Positions 52,912-62,607 of a stretch of DNA of 64,000 nucleotides are shown here, piece by piece. The stretch covers positions 32,001-96,000 of the forward strand of contig OZ241986.1 in the NCBI GenBank assembly GCA_965204375.1, read 5' to 3'. The notes under the pieces were generated by a model. It was not told the origin of the DNA, did not search any database, and saw only the letters and a program-made list of their open reading frames with translations. The DNA comes from Candidatus Latescibacterota bacterium. Lineage in GTDB: Bacteria > Latescibacterota > UBA2968. The position numbers were made by a program, and so were the translations under genes. How positions within the stretch are numbered: position 1 is the stretch's first letter; each line of letters begins with the position of its first letter.

Positions 52912-54624
52912 ATGCTTCAGACTCAAAAAAGATTTTGTGATTATCTGGATAACGTAAAAACGGAATTGGGCAAAGCGAGGTCTTCGGGTTTGTTTGAGGA
53001 ACTCGAAAAAAACATCCATGCCTCGGAAGCGTTAAAACAGGATATTGCCGAGGCAGAGTTGATTGTGCCGGTGGTTGGAGCTTTTAGTGCTGGTAAAAGT
53101 ACGTTGATCAATTCTTTTTTAGGTTCTGGCCTTCTACCTGTGGACATAACTCCGGAAACAGCATTGGCAACGGAGTTGCGTTATTCCGAAAGTGAATATA
53201 TCGAGGCAATCAAGGCCGATGATGAGTCGGAACGTTACGACATCGCAGAGATTGAAGCGATCAATGAGAAGGCGAATCAATATCAATATGCAAAAGTCTT
53301 TCTCAATAGTGAACAACTCGAGGAGATTTTTCCATTGATTCTCGTGGATATGCCCGGTTTTGATTCTCCGCTGGATTTACATCACCGAGCTATTTTAACA
53401 TACCTATCCAGAGGAAGCCACTATGCGGTTCTGATCAGTGTAGAGGAAGGCACCATCACCCGCTCGGCCGAGCGGCAGTTGTCCGAGTTTTTCGAGTTTG
53501 ATAAGACGTTTTCCATCTTTCTGAGCAAGGCGAATCTGCGCTCGGATACTGAGGTTGGGGAGATTGCACAGAATATCGAGGAGCGGCTTGAGGACGATTT
53601 TGGTTTTGCCGATTCCGTTGTTCCCGTGGGCATGGATGGCGGCGATAGCCTTGACAAGATGCTCAAGACCATTGATCCAGAAGTGCTTTTCGGCAAGCTC
53701 TGGCGTCCCAATTTGGAGGCGTATTTTTTTAATCTCGATGGCAGTTTGAACACCCGGATCAGTTCTTTAAAAAAGAATCAAAAAGAAAACGAGGAGGCCA
53801 TTGAAAAACTCGCCTCGGGCCTTCAGGATTTAAAAGAAAAAAAGGAAGAGATGATTCAGGATATTCGGGATCGGTATTCCACAACCCATGTCAACGCCAT
53901 TGTAGAGGGGGTGGGCGCAGATCTGAGTGGTTCCGTAGAGGAATTGACACAAGTCGCTATTTCCAGTGGAGAAACTGCCTTGCAGCGAGAATTGTCGGAG
54001 ATTTGCCGTACCTCGCTTTTGAATAATGTGAAAGCCGAAATGGGGCGATTAAACGAACAGATTGTAGAAGACTTATCCAACAGCCTCAAAGGTATTGATC
54101 TTGTTTTCTCCTCTTACACAGATGAACACTGGTTGGAAAAAGTCGCGTCCAATGCGCCACAGCTTATTTCTAAAGGGAGCGCAATTCTTAAAAATGTTGG
54201 TCGTACTGCAAAAGGAGGACGGAATTTTTACCGAGCCATCACGACTATTGGAGCTATTACCACCAGTTTTGTGATACCCATAGTGGAACTTCTAATCGTA
54301 TTCCTTCCAGACATTTTTGGTTATTTCCAAAAACAGAGGCAAGAGGAGCAGATACGCAACCAGTTGCTGGGGACGGTTATCCCCTCCGTCAAAAGCAAAC
54401 TTCGCAGCGAACTTCCCGAATATTTCAATGAGCAAGTGAACCGTCTGATCAATGAGAACGCAGAGGCCCTTGATTTGCAAATCAAGGCCAAACAAAGCGA
54501 AATTGCCGAAGCCGAGAAGGCCAAACAGAACGAGATGCGAGATGTTGAGCAGACGATAGCCGAGCTGACTGATATTCAGGAGAACGTCCGATCACTGGCG
54601 AATCAAGGGATTTTCGCGCAATAA
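52912..54624 (+). CDS. Bacterial dynamin-like GTPase 1 with putative membrane paddle
   Basis: GAFSAGKS, PET, DMPG, SKAN; coiled coils; hydrophobic AITTSFVIPIVELLIVFLPDIF. Confidence 0.88.
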   Translation: MLQTQKRFCDYLDNVKTELGKARSSGLFEELEKNIHASEALKQDIAEAELIVPVVGAFSAGKSTLINSFLGSGLLPVDITPETALATELRYSESEYIEAIKADDESERYDIAEIEAINEKANQYQYAKVFLNSEQLEEIFPLILVDMPGFDSPLDLHHRAILTYLSRGSHYAVLISVEEGTITRSAERQLSEFFEFDKTFSIFLSKANLRSDTEVGEIAQNIEERLEDDFGFADSVVPVGMDGGDSLDKMLKTIDPEVLFGKLWRPNLEAYFFNLDGSLNTRISSLKKNQKENEEAIEKLASGLQDLKEKKEEMIQDIRDRYSTTHVNAIVEGVGADLSGSVEELTQVAISSGETALQRELSEICRTSLLNNVKAEMGRLNEQIVEDLSNSLKGIDLVFSSYTDEHWLEKVASNAPQLISKGSAILKNVGRTAKGGRNFYRAITTIGAITTSFVIPIVELLIVFLPDIFGYFQKQRQEEQIRNQLLGTVIPSVKSKLRSELPEYFNEQVNRLINENAEALDLQIKAKQSEIAEAEKAKQNEMRDVEQTIAELTDIQENVRSLANQGIFAQ

Positions 54625-54636
54625 GGAGAAGCGAAA

Positions 54637-56874
54637 ATGGAAACTACTGGAATTGTCGCATACCGGGAAAAGCTGGAGCAGGTCGTTGGAAGGTATCACG
54701 ACTTTCTCGGTGATGAAGCGGAGAGCCTCTGCCAAGAACACAGCGTTCCCACCGCAAGGGATTTACAGGCGCAGATGGCGTCCATTAAAAATGAGGAACG
54801 CTTACTGAAAATCGGCATTGTGGGGCGGGTCAAGTCGGGAAAATCCTCGTTGCTGAACGCCCTCGTCTTTGATGGGCAAAGTATTCTCCCCGAGGCGGCG
54901 ACCCCAATGACGGCGTCTTTGACGACCTTGTCTTATGGGGAACCGCTGTCGGCGGAAGTGGAATTTTTTACCCAAGAGGATTTAGCGGATATCAGGGACA
55001 AGGCCGAAGAATACGACAGGCAATTGGAGAGGCGCGTCAGAGAAATTCGGAACAAAGAAAAAAAAAGAAAAAGCCTATTTTCTCGAAGGAGTCGGCAAGA
55101 AAACAAGAGCCGATCTCGAAGAGACTCGGATGAACGGGTGCAACGCAGAGCCGAAAGAGAGATGCGCGAGAATATCGTACTCTCGTCCGCCCGCGATCAA
55201 TACAAAAAAATGATCGAGAGCGGAGTATCCCTTGAGAATTTGCCGGAAAATGTACTTCTGAAGTTTGGAAATCCTGCGGATTTACGCAGCCAGTTGAATG
55301 AATATGTCGGTGCGAAGGGTCAGTATATGCCTTTTACCAAAAGCGTCAATATTCGGTTGCCGCAGGAGAATCTCAAGGATATAGAAATTGTAGATACCCC
55401 GGGCATCAACGATCCGGTGCAGTCGCGGGAAGCGCGTACCCAAGAGCACTTGAATCAGTGCGATGTGGTGTTGGTCATCAGTCCTTCGGGGCAATTTATA
55501 AACCAGGTGGATCTGGAATTGATGGATCGCATCACCAGCAAGGAAGGCATCCATGAATTATTTGTGGTGGCTTCTCAAACGGATACCCAGCTTTTAGGCC
55601 ATTTGAAGGCCGAGAATAATGGACAGTTAGATCTCGTGTTGGATAGCCTTACCCGCGTGCTGGGGAACCAATTGGAAAAAGTGATCGCGGACCTAAAAGA
55701 GAGCTCTCCCGAAGTGGGAGATACTTATGATCAGTTGCTCGAAGGGCAAAGCAAGGTCATCCACTCTGCGGGGCTTTGCGAAAGCCTGAAGCAACGCTTC
55801 AGGCAAAAGGATGAGTGGAGCGAGGGGATGCAGCATGTTTGGGACAATTTGCAGACGGGGTATCCCGATTATTTTTCCGATACAGACGAGAATTTGTCGC
55901 GCTTCAACTTGGAAAAGCTGTCCAACATATCGACCATTCGGAATATCGTTGAGCAGGTGCGAGAGAAAAAGCAGGAAATTCTCGATAAGAGGATAGACAA
56001 CTATGTCCATGCAAAATACCAGTCCCTACATGCCTTGAGAAAGGGACTGCTCGCGTATGCCAACGAACGGCAGTCCCAAATTGAGAGCACGGATATTGCA
56101 AAATTCAAGGAACGGAGGAGAGGATTGACAAAGGCTCTCGACGATGCTTCGGAAGAGATAAAGGATGAGTACGAAGAATCGATCTATCTGATAAAAAAAT
56201 CCATGCGAGGTGAATTTAAGCGAGAATCAGAAGCACGCGAGCAGGCGTTAAAACGAAGGATCGAGAATGAGAAAGGAGAAGATAGTGAAACGTATGAAGA
56301 TGGTCTCATATTTAAGAAAACTCGCACCAGGACGTTTGCCACCATCCGCACAAATGCTGTCCATCGACGCTTATCGGAGTTTTCTGAAGAACTGAAAGAG
56401 GAGGTTGTGGATAAAACAGAGGATAAGAAGAAAGATTGGCGGAAGTATCTCAACCAGAATATGACCAAAATTTTAAGAAAACATTTTGGCGATGAGGATT
56501 TGGAAGCCTCCCTGATCAGCCGGGTAATCAGAGATACTGTTCACTCGATAAATATTCCAGCCTTTGAATACAAAAAACAAATTCCAGATTCCTTGAAATC
56601 CCAAGGTGTTTTGAAAGATGAGGAAGCGAAGAAATTTTTTGATGAATCCCGCGACTATGCTGATGATCTATGTAGAGGAACAAAAAAAGAGATAAGCGCG
56701 TACATAAAAGATCTCGCCAAAAGGATGGAGCAAGGGCATTTGTATGAGCGGTTGCTGGAACAATTCCAAAAAGAACTTGCCACACTTGAGAAATCCATTG
56801 CAAACAAGGAAATGGAGTTAAAAAGAATCAGCAATCTCAAGGGTGAGTTAGAAAAAATTGCGGAGATGAACTAA
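54637..56874 (+). CDS. Bacterial dynamin-like GTPase 2
   Basis: GRVKSGKS, TPMT, DTPGINDP; helical insert and long helical stalk. Confidence 0.88.
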   Translation: METTGIVAYREKLEQVVGRYHDFLGDEAESLCQEHSVPTARDLQAQMASIKNEERLLKIGIVGRVKSGKSSLLNALVFDGQSILPEAATPMTASLTTLSYGEPLSAEVEFFTQEDLADIRDKAEEYDRQLERRVREIRNKEKKRKSLFSRRSRQENKSRSRRDSDERVQRRAEREMRENIVLSSARDQYKKMIESGVSLENLPENVLLKFGNPADLRSQLNEYVGAKGQYMPFTKSVNIRLPQENLKDIEIVDTPGINDPVQSREARTQEHLNQCDVVLVISPSGQFINQVDLELMDRITSKEGIHELFVVASQTDTQLLGHLKAENNGQLDLVLDSLTRVLGNQLEKVIADLKESSPEVGDTYDQLLEGQSKVIHSAGLCESLKQRFRQKDEWSEGMQHVWDNLQTGYPDYFSDTDENLSRFNLEKLSNISTIRNIVEQVREKKQEILDKRIDNYVHAKYQSLHALRKGLLAYANERQSQIESTDIAKFKERRRGLTKALDDASEEIKDEYEESIYLIKKSMRGEFKRESEAREQALKRRIENEKGEDSETYEDGLIFKKTRTRTFATIRTNAVHRRLSEFSEELKEEVVDKTEDKKKDWRKYLNQNMTKILRKHFGDEDLEASLISRVIRDTVHSINIPAFEYKKQIPDSLKSQGVLKDEEAKKFFDESRDYADDLCRGTKKEISAYIKDLAKRMEQGHLYERLLEQFQKELATLEKSIANKEMELKRISNLKGELEKIAEMN

Positions 56875-59243
56875 TGTACCAGAAATTTATCCAGAAAGTG
56901 AACTCACTTTGGGAAACATTTGTAAGAAATCGATCAGTGTATAAAAAGCTGTTGAGTAAGGAACATGGTGAGTTGCTCTTAGAACAAGATGCCCTATCGA
57001 AAAGATATGAGCGAGTAAAAACCGAATTGGATGATACTCAAGGCAGTCTCAATAAGCTACGCGATGAACATAGTGGACTATCTCAAAAATACGCACTGGT
57101 CTCCGACCTGCTAACTGCCAAATCCAGTGAAAATGAAGCATTTGAGAAGTTTAAGGAACTTTTTGATGGGGAATTTATGGCCTTTGCCAATAAGGAGTCC
57201 TCACTGGCCGACGAAGCGGCGGCCGTGCAGCAGCTACAAACGCTGGAGAAGCGTTTAGAAAAGATTGTGGCATTCCCGCACACATTTACGAAGCGGTCCA
57301 TTGCCATCGGCGGTGGATTTAGCAGCGGCAAGTCGGCATTTGTCAATAGCTTTATCGAGCATCCCGACATTCAGCTTCCCGTGGGCATTCAGCCGGTTAC
57401 AGCCATTCCCTCGTATGTCATGGACGGTGTGGATGCTTCGATCAAGGGCTATTCCCGTACTGGGGGCACGATCGATATCCCTCCGGATTTCTACGTCCAA
57501 CTGTCCCATGATTTCATAGATACGCTTTCGTTTAATGTCAAGGACTTGATGCCTGAAATCGCCGTGGAAGTGCCGTTGCAGGCGGACTTGTTCGAGCATA
57601 TCTACCTGATCGACACGCCGGGCTACAACCCGGCTGGAGGGCAGACGAGTGAGGACGAGGCTACGTCGGCTGAATTTCTCAAGGATCGGGATGCTTTGAT
57701 CTGGATGATCGGTCTGGACGCGACGGGCACGGTGCCCGAGTCGGATTTGGATTTCATTGAAGGGTTGGAACTGAATGAGCTACCGTTTTATATGGTTTTG
57801 AACAAGGCAGACCTCAAATCCGAAAGCGACTTGACGGATATTGTAAAGGAGGTGTGGGACACGCTTGATGATGCAGGTATTGAGCCTGTGGGCATCAGTG
57901 CGTATAGCGCGACTCTGCGTAAGGAATACCTGTATAAAGGGACGGCACTGCATGATTTTTTTCGCAGCCAAAATCATTTTGTTGAAGACCAGGGGATTGA
58001 ATTAAAAAAGGAGATTGAAGACGTTTTTGAAAAGTACGAAAAGGCTATTGACGATGATGAGAAAACTGCCTATGAGCTGAGGAAAAAACTCAATACTCTC
58101 AATCTCGATATAAACGAACTGGGGGGTGATTCTGACGCTGTGGATGTCTTGCAAGAGAAAATTGACAAGATCAAAAACTCTCAAAACAAAAATTTTGTGC
58201 CGATCAAGGTAGAGATGAAAGAAATACAAACGAAGATGCTCAGAGCAGTGGATGAAATTTTTTGGTCGTTGAGTTCTCAGAGTGCCGAAGCTATGCCCCA
58301 GCCTTTGTCTACTCCAAAGCCAAACAGCAAGAAATCAACAGTGAGACGTCAAGGCTATATCAGGGGCGGAAAATACATCAAGACTGACGCCGAACAATCT
58401 GAAAAACCTGCCTTTGCAAACCCTCAGCCACACTTTGATTCATGTGATTTTGAAAAAAAGCCGAAGAAATCCAAACGAATTGGCGAGGTTGCACGCGAGT
58501 TTAATTTATCAAGTTCGACAATGCTCACGTTGCTCCGCAACCTCGGTTTTAAATCAAGAAGCCCCAGGTCTATCTGTACACAGGAAATGGTTGAGGCAGT
58601 TCAAAGAGAATTAGGTGCTGAACGCCAAAATAATAAAAAGAATACCGAAGCAACAAAACGAATTGGCGAGGTTGCACGCGAGTTTAATTTATCAAGTTCG
58701 ACAATGCTCACGTTGCTCCGCAACCTCGGTTTTAAATCAAGAAGCCCCAAGACTATCTGCACACAAGAAATGGTTGAGGCAGTTCAAAGAGAATTGGATA
58801 TTGAACGTCAAATCGCAAAGAAGAACACCGAAGCAGCATCACAAACGCAGGCATTGATCAACATCAATCAGGCAACAGCAAAAGAGCTTGAGCGTCTGCC
58901 AGGCATTGGTCCTGAAATTGCGAAGCGCATCGTGGCCTATCGCAAACAGAACGGGCTATTTCAACGTATTGACGATCTCATAAATATCCGAGGCATCAGC
59001 CTCAAAATGCTTAATGATATGATCAGCATCAATCAGGCAACAGCAAAAGAGCTTGAGCGTCTGCCAGGCATTGGTCCTGAAATTGCGAAGCGCATCGTGG
59101 CCTATCGCAAACAGAACGGGCTATTTCAACGTATTGACGATCTCATAAAAGTCCAGGGCATCAGCCTCAGAATACTTAATGATCTGCGTTCCAAATTAGA
59201 GTGGAATTTAATAGATGTTTTAAGGCAGGCGAAAAAGCAGTAG
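56874..59243 (+). CDS. Bacterial dynamin-like GTPase 3 with 2x IF2-N-like and 2x ComEA-type HhH C-terminal domains
   Basis: GGFSSGKS, PVT, DTPG, NKAD; TAATG overlap with gene 2; KRIGEVAREFNLSSSTMLTLLRNLGF twice; I.INQATAKELERLPGIGPEIAKRIVAYRKQNGLFQRIDDL twice. Confidence 0.88.
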   Translation: MYQKFIQKVNSLWETFVRNRSVYKKLLSKEHGELLLEQDALSKRYERVKTELDDTQGSLNKLRDEHSGLSQKYALVSDLLTAKSSENEAFEKFKELFDGEFMAFANKESSLADEAAAVQQLQTLEKRLEKIVAFPHTFTKRSIAIGGGFSSGKSAFVNSFIEHPDIQLPVGIQPVTAIPSYVMDGVDASIKGYSRTGGTIDIPPDFYVQLSHDFIDTLSFNVKDLMPEIAVEVPLQADLFEHIYLIDTPGYNPAGGQTSEDEATSAEFLKDRDALIWMIGLDATGTVPESDLDFIEGLELNELPFYMVLNKADLKSESDLTDIVKEVWDTLDDAGIEPVGISAYSATLRKEYLYKGTALHDFFRSQNHFVEDQGIELKKEIEDVFEKYEKAIDDDEKTAYELRKKLNTLNLDINELGGDSDAVDVLQEKIDKIKNSQNKNFVPIKVEMKEIQTKMLRAVDEIFWSLSSQSAEAMPQPLSTPKPNSKKSTVRRQGYIRGGKYIKTDAEQSEKPAFANPQPHFDSCDFEKKPKKSKRIGEVAREFNLSSSTMLTLLRNLGFKSRSPRSICTQEMVEAVQRELGAERQNNKKNTEATKRIGEVAREFNLSSSTMLTLLRNLGFKSRSPKTICTQEMVEAVQRELDIERQIAKKNTEAASQTQALININQATAKELERLPGIGPEIAKRIVAYRKQNGLFQRIDDLINIRGISLKMLNDMISINQATAKELERLPGIGPEIAKRIVAYRKQNGLFQRIDDLIKVQGISLRILNDLRSKLEWNLIDVLRQAKKQ
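58473..58835 (+). repeat. 183-bp in-frame tandem duplication (IF2-N-like unit)
   Basis: Units start at 58473 and 58656; first ~90 bp identical by eye. Confidence 0.92.
58855..59183 (+). repeat. 165-bp in-frame tandem duplication (HhH unit)
   Basis: Units start at 58855 and 59020; near-identical. Confidence 0.92.
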
Positions 59244-59293
59244 TCGAAAGATTAGCGCGTGGTGGCATGGGAAGGCAAGACCTCCATTTAACG

Positions 59294-59345
59294 AAAATAG
59301 CCTCTCGTTAGAATAACTTGACACAAAATAACGAGGGGCTATTTT
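59294..59345. terminator. 17-bp inverted repeat after the dynamin operon (terminator and/or operator) enclosing a TTGACA
   Basis: AAAATAGCCTCTCGTTA ... TAACGAGGGGCTATTTT with one G-U pair; TTGACA at 59318. Confidence 0.6.
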
Positions 59346-59351
59346 GCTAAT

Positions 59352-59545
59352 ATGAAAACTATGACCACATTTGATAAAGATAATGATGCGTTGCGCCGTG
59401 GCCTGGACTATCCCAACAGCCGTTCGAGGTTAAGTCACGTCCACTTCGCCTGCGGCAGGGACTGGATCCCGCCCATTTGAGCGAGATGGACGATGACCTG
59501 GAAATCGAAGAGTTCCTCTGTAAGACTGCACGATTAAATGACATT
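59352..59545 (+). pseudogene. Frameshifted remnant of a VapB-like antitoxin
   Basis: NDALRRGL in one frame, then QPFEVKSRPLRLRQGLDPAHLSEMDDDLEIEEFL in another; RHH N-terminus and toxin absent. Confidence 0.5.
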
Positions 59546-59618
59546 AAAAAGGTCATAAAGATGGATGCAAAACCAAAAAACCACAGGTCGTTCAGGCCGT
59601 GAAAAGGATACTTGCGTC

Positions 59619-61193
59619 ATGCGCTTTTTCAACACCGCTGGTCCAATCAAGCCCGAAAGGCACTACTGCATCCCGCCTTTGGAACGCTTAAATATGGACG
59701 AGGTGTTCGCACTCATCCGAGAAGAGAAATACTTTGTCTTGCACGCGCCGCGGCAGACGGGCAAGACTTCTGCCTTGTTGGCGTTGCGCGATTTACTCAA
59801 CGCTCAGGACACTTACCGTTGCGTTTATGTCAATGTCGAAGGTGGACAAGCCGCACGCGAAGATGTGGAACAGGTGACGCGCGCCTTTCTGGGTGAGTTG
59901 GCATCTCGGGCGCGTTCAGTGGGTGACGAATTTCTGGACGAGATCTGGTTCGACATCCTGGCGAAATACGGGGGCCATGTTGCCTTGCGCGAGGCGTTGA
60001 CGCGCTGGGCACAGGCTGCCCCAAAGCCATTGGTGCTGCTCATTGACGAGATCGATGCTCTGATCGGCGATTCTCTGCTGTCCGTGCTACGGCAGTTGCG
60101 GGCTGGCTATGACCTTCGCCCGGAGGGTTTTCCGCAGAGTGTGGTGCTGTGTGGGGTGCGCGACGTGCGCGATTACCGCATCCAATCCACTGCAGAGAAT
60201 GCGATCATCGCCGGTGGCAGTGCGTTTAATATCCGCGCCGAGTCCCTGCGTTTAGGGGATTTCTCACAGGACGAGGTATTCGATCTCATCGCACAGCACA
60301 CGGCAGAAACGGGACAGGCATTCACAGCCGAGGCCCTGGAGACGATCTGGACGCAGACCCAGGGACAACCGTGGCTGGTCAACGCATTGGCTTATGAAGC
60401 TGGCTTTAAAAACAAGACCGGGCGGGATCGCAGCCAGCCCATTACGGACAACGCAATATGTGACGCACGGGAGCAACTCATCTTGCGCCGAGAGATACAC
60501 CTCGACCAGTTGGCCGATAAGTTGCAGGAAGAACGCGTACAGCGCGTGATTGAACCGCTGCTGAGTGGGGCTGAGGAACGTCGCTTTATTGACCGCGACC
60601 TGGAGTATGTACGCGATCTCGGTCTTGTGGCTCAAGATCTGCCGTACCGCATTGCCAATCCGATCTACGCCGAAGTCGTGCCGCGCGAACTGACGTGGGT
60701 GTTACAGGGGGAGTTTGAGCAGGAAACAGCCTGGTATATCAATGCTGATGGTAGTCTGAATGTGGTCAAACTGATGACCGAGTTTCAGATCTTTTTCCGC
60801 GAACACTCAGAGCACTGGGTGAGACGATTTCAATATCAGGAAGCCGGTCCGCAGTTGTTGTTGCAGGCATTTCTCCAGCGCATTGTAAACAGCGGTGGAC
60901 GCATTGAAAGGGAGTATGGTTTGGGGCGTGGACGCACAGACCTGCTGATTGTCTGGCCGCAGGGCGATGTGACGCGCAAGATTGTGATTGAGTGCAAAAT
61001 TCTCCACAAGAGCCTGGATCAGACCATTGCCGAGGGTTTGGAACAGACGGCGGAGTACATGGATCGTTGCGATGCAGAGGCAGGTCATCTGGTGATTTTT
61101 GACCGCCGTGAAGGGAGGCGTTGGGCGGACAAAGTATTCCGCAATAGTCGGACATCAAGTAGCGGGGTCGAGATTGAGGTGTGGGGAATGTGA
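59619..61193 (+). CDS. AAA-family ATPase with C-terminal PD-(D/E)XK nuclease-like domain
   Basis: MRFFNTAGP start, HAPRQTGKTS, LLIDEID, GQPWLVN; EREYGLGRGRTDLLI...IVIECK. Confidence 0.85.
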   Translation: MRFFNTAGPIKPERHYCIPPLERLNMDEVFALIREEKYFVLHAPRQTGKTSALLALRDLLNAQDTYRCVYVNVEGGQAAREDVEQVTRAFLGELASRARSVGDEFLDEIWFDILAKYGGHVALREALTRWAQAAPKPLVLLIDEIDALIGDSLLSVLRQLRAGYDLRPEGFPQSVVLCGVRDVRDYRIQSTAENAIIAGGSAFNIRAESLRLGDFSQDEVFDLIAQHTAETGQAFTAEALETIWTQTQGQPWLVNALAYEAGFKNKTGRDRSQPITDNAICDAREQLILRREIHLDQLADKLQEERVQRVIEPLLSGAEERRFIDRDLEYVRDLGLVAQDLPYRIANPIYAEVVPRELTWVLQGEFEQETAWYINADGSLNVVKLMTEFQIFFREHSEHWVRRFQYQEAGPQLLLQAFLQRIVNSGGRIEREYGLGRGRTDLLIVWPQGDVTRKIVIECKILHKSLDQTIAEGLEQTAEYMDRCDAEAGHLVIFDRREGRRWADKVFRNSRTSSSGVEIEVWGM

Positions 61194-61265
61194 CGGGATT
61201 CCCGTACAGTGCCCATTTACTGATGTTACTCGGTTTATCTACAATGGGCTGTCATTAGAGAGAGG

Positions 61266-62594
61266 ATGAAAATGGATGCAAAAACCAAAAAATTGCAGGT
61301 GGATCAGGCTGTGAAATCGCAGTCGCGGCGGGCGTTTAAGCTGTCGCGAAGTATTCACGGCTGGGCTGAACGGCCGTTTCAGGAATACGAGTCGTCAAAG
61401 GCGTTGGCGGCGTATTTGGAGGAGAACGGATTTCAAATTGAATTTCCGTGGAAAAATATCCCGACGGCTTTTCGCGCCACCTGGGGTACGGGTAAACCCA
61501 CTATTGGCATGTTGGGGGAGTACGACGCATTGCCCAATTGCGGTGCCGAGGAGGGCACCTGGGGCCACGGCTGAGGTCATAATCTTTTGGGCGTTGCCCC
61601 GGCCGCAGGTGCGGTTGCTGCAAAGACGGTATTGGAAAATTTGGAATCATCCGGCCAGATTATTTATTACGGCTGTCCGGCTGAAGAAACCCTGGCGGGT
61701 AAAGTGTATATGGCCCGCGATGGCGCGTTTCGAGATTTAGATGCGGTGCTGGCATGGCATCCGGGGTCGAGTACGGGTGTTAGCAATTATGGCGGTTCAT
61801 CACTGGATTCGCTGGTGTATGAGTTTTTTGGCAAGACGTCTCACGGCGCGAGTGCTCACAATGGGCGCAGTGCATTGGATGGGGTGATGTTGATGGATGT
61901 TGCGGCGAATTATTTGCGCGAGCACGTTCCCGAAAATGTGCGTATCCACTGTGTAATTCGGGATGGTGGGGACGCGCCCAATGTGGTTCCTGCCTATGCG
62001 AAGGTGTGGTATTATGTGCGAGGGAAGGATCGTGAACAGGTCAATAAAATACGCAAGCGATTGACCAAATGCGCAAAGGGTGCGGCGATGGCCACGGAAA
62101 CGACTATGAAATGGCATCGGATTACGGCTGTGTACCCGCGTTTGCCAAATGATGTGATGTGCGAAACTGTACGTCAAAATCTCAAATTATTCGGTCCGCC
62201 GCGCGCTTCTAAAAACGATAAGGAACGCGTAAAGGAATTGGGATACAAAGGTGAATTTGACGGGAAGATCAAAAAGGGGAAGGGGTCACAGGGGCGCGGG
62301 TCTTCGGATGAAGACAATGTGTCGTGGCTGGCGCCGATGGGTCGGTTTCAGATGGTGTGTTATACCAAGGGTACGCCGGGTCATCATCGCGATATGACCG
62401 CACAGGCGATAATGCCTTATGCCGAGCGCGCGGTTTTGCAAACGGCCAAGGTGTTTGCAGGATCGGCTATTGATCTGATTTTGGACAAGAAGCTGTTACA
62501 AGCAGCGCGTGCGGAATTTGTGAAGGGAACAAAGGGGTTTGAGTACGATCCATTGATTCCAAAACGTCAGAAGGTCCCCGTGGATCCTCCGTAG
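61266..62594 (+). CDS. M20/AbgB-like amidohydrolase, 442 aa, with in-frame TGA (candidate selenocysteine, codon 103) at the metal-ligand Cys
   Basis: ORFs 61266..61574 and 61587..62594 share a frame; read-through gives EYDALP...GHG(TGA)GHNLLG, then GCPAEE, WHP, PNVVP, GSSD. Confidence 0.8.
61575..61626 (+). promoter_or_regulatory. Candidate bacterial SECIS element
   Basis: Hairpin GGCCGC-AGGT-GCGGTT (61601-61616), loop starting 32 nt after the TGA; lower pairing TCTTTTG/CAAAGA possible. Confidence 0.45.
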
Positions 62595-62607
62595 AAGGAG
62601 ATGAGAT

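Noticed and set aside
58473-59183. CRISPR array or DGR template/variable repeat pair
   Set aside because: Units are 165-183 bp, in frame and without spacers; no cas or reverse transcriptase gene is present in the window.
61572-61574. Genome-wide TGA reassignment (code 4 or 25) as the explanation for the in-frame TGA
   Set aside because: TGA terminates full-length genes in this window (parC, gltB, smc, moaA), and Trp or Gly would not fit a conserved Cys site.
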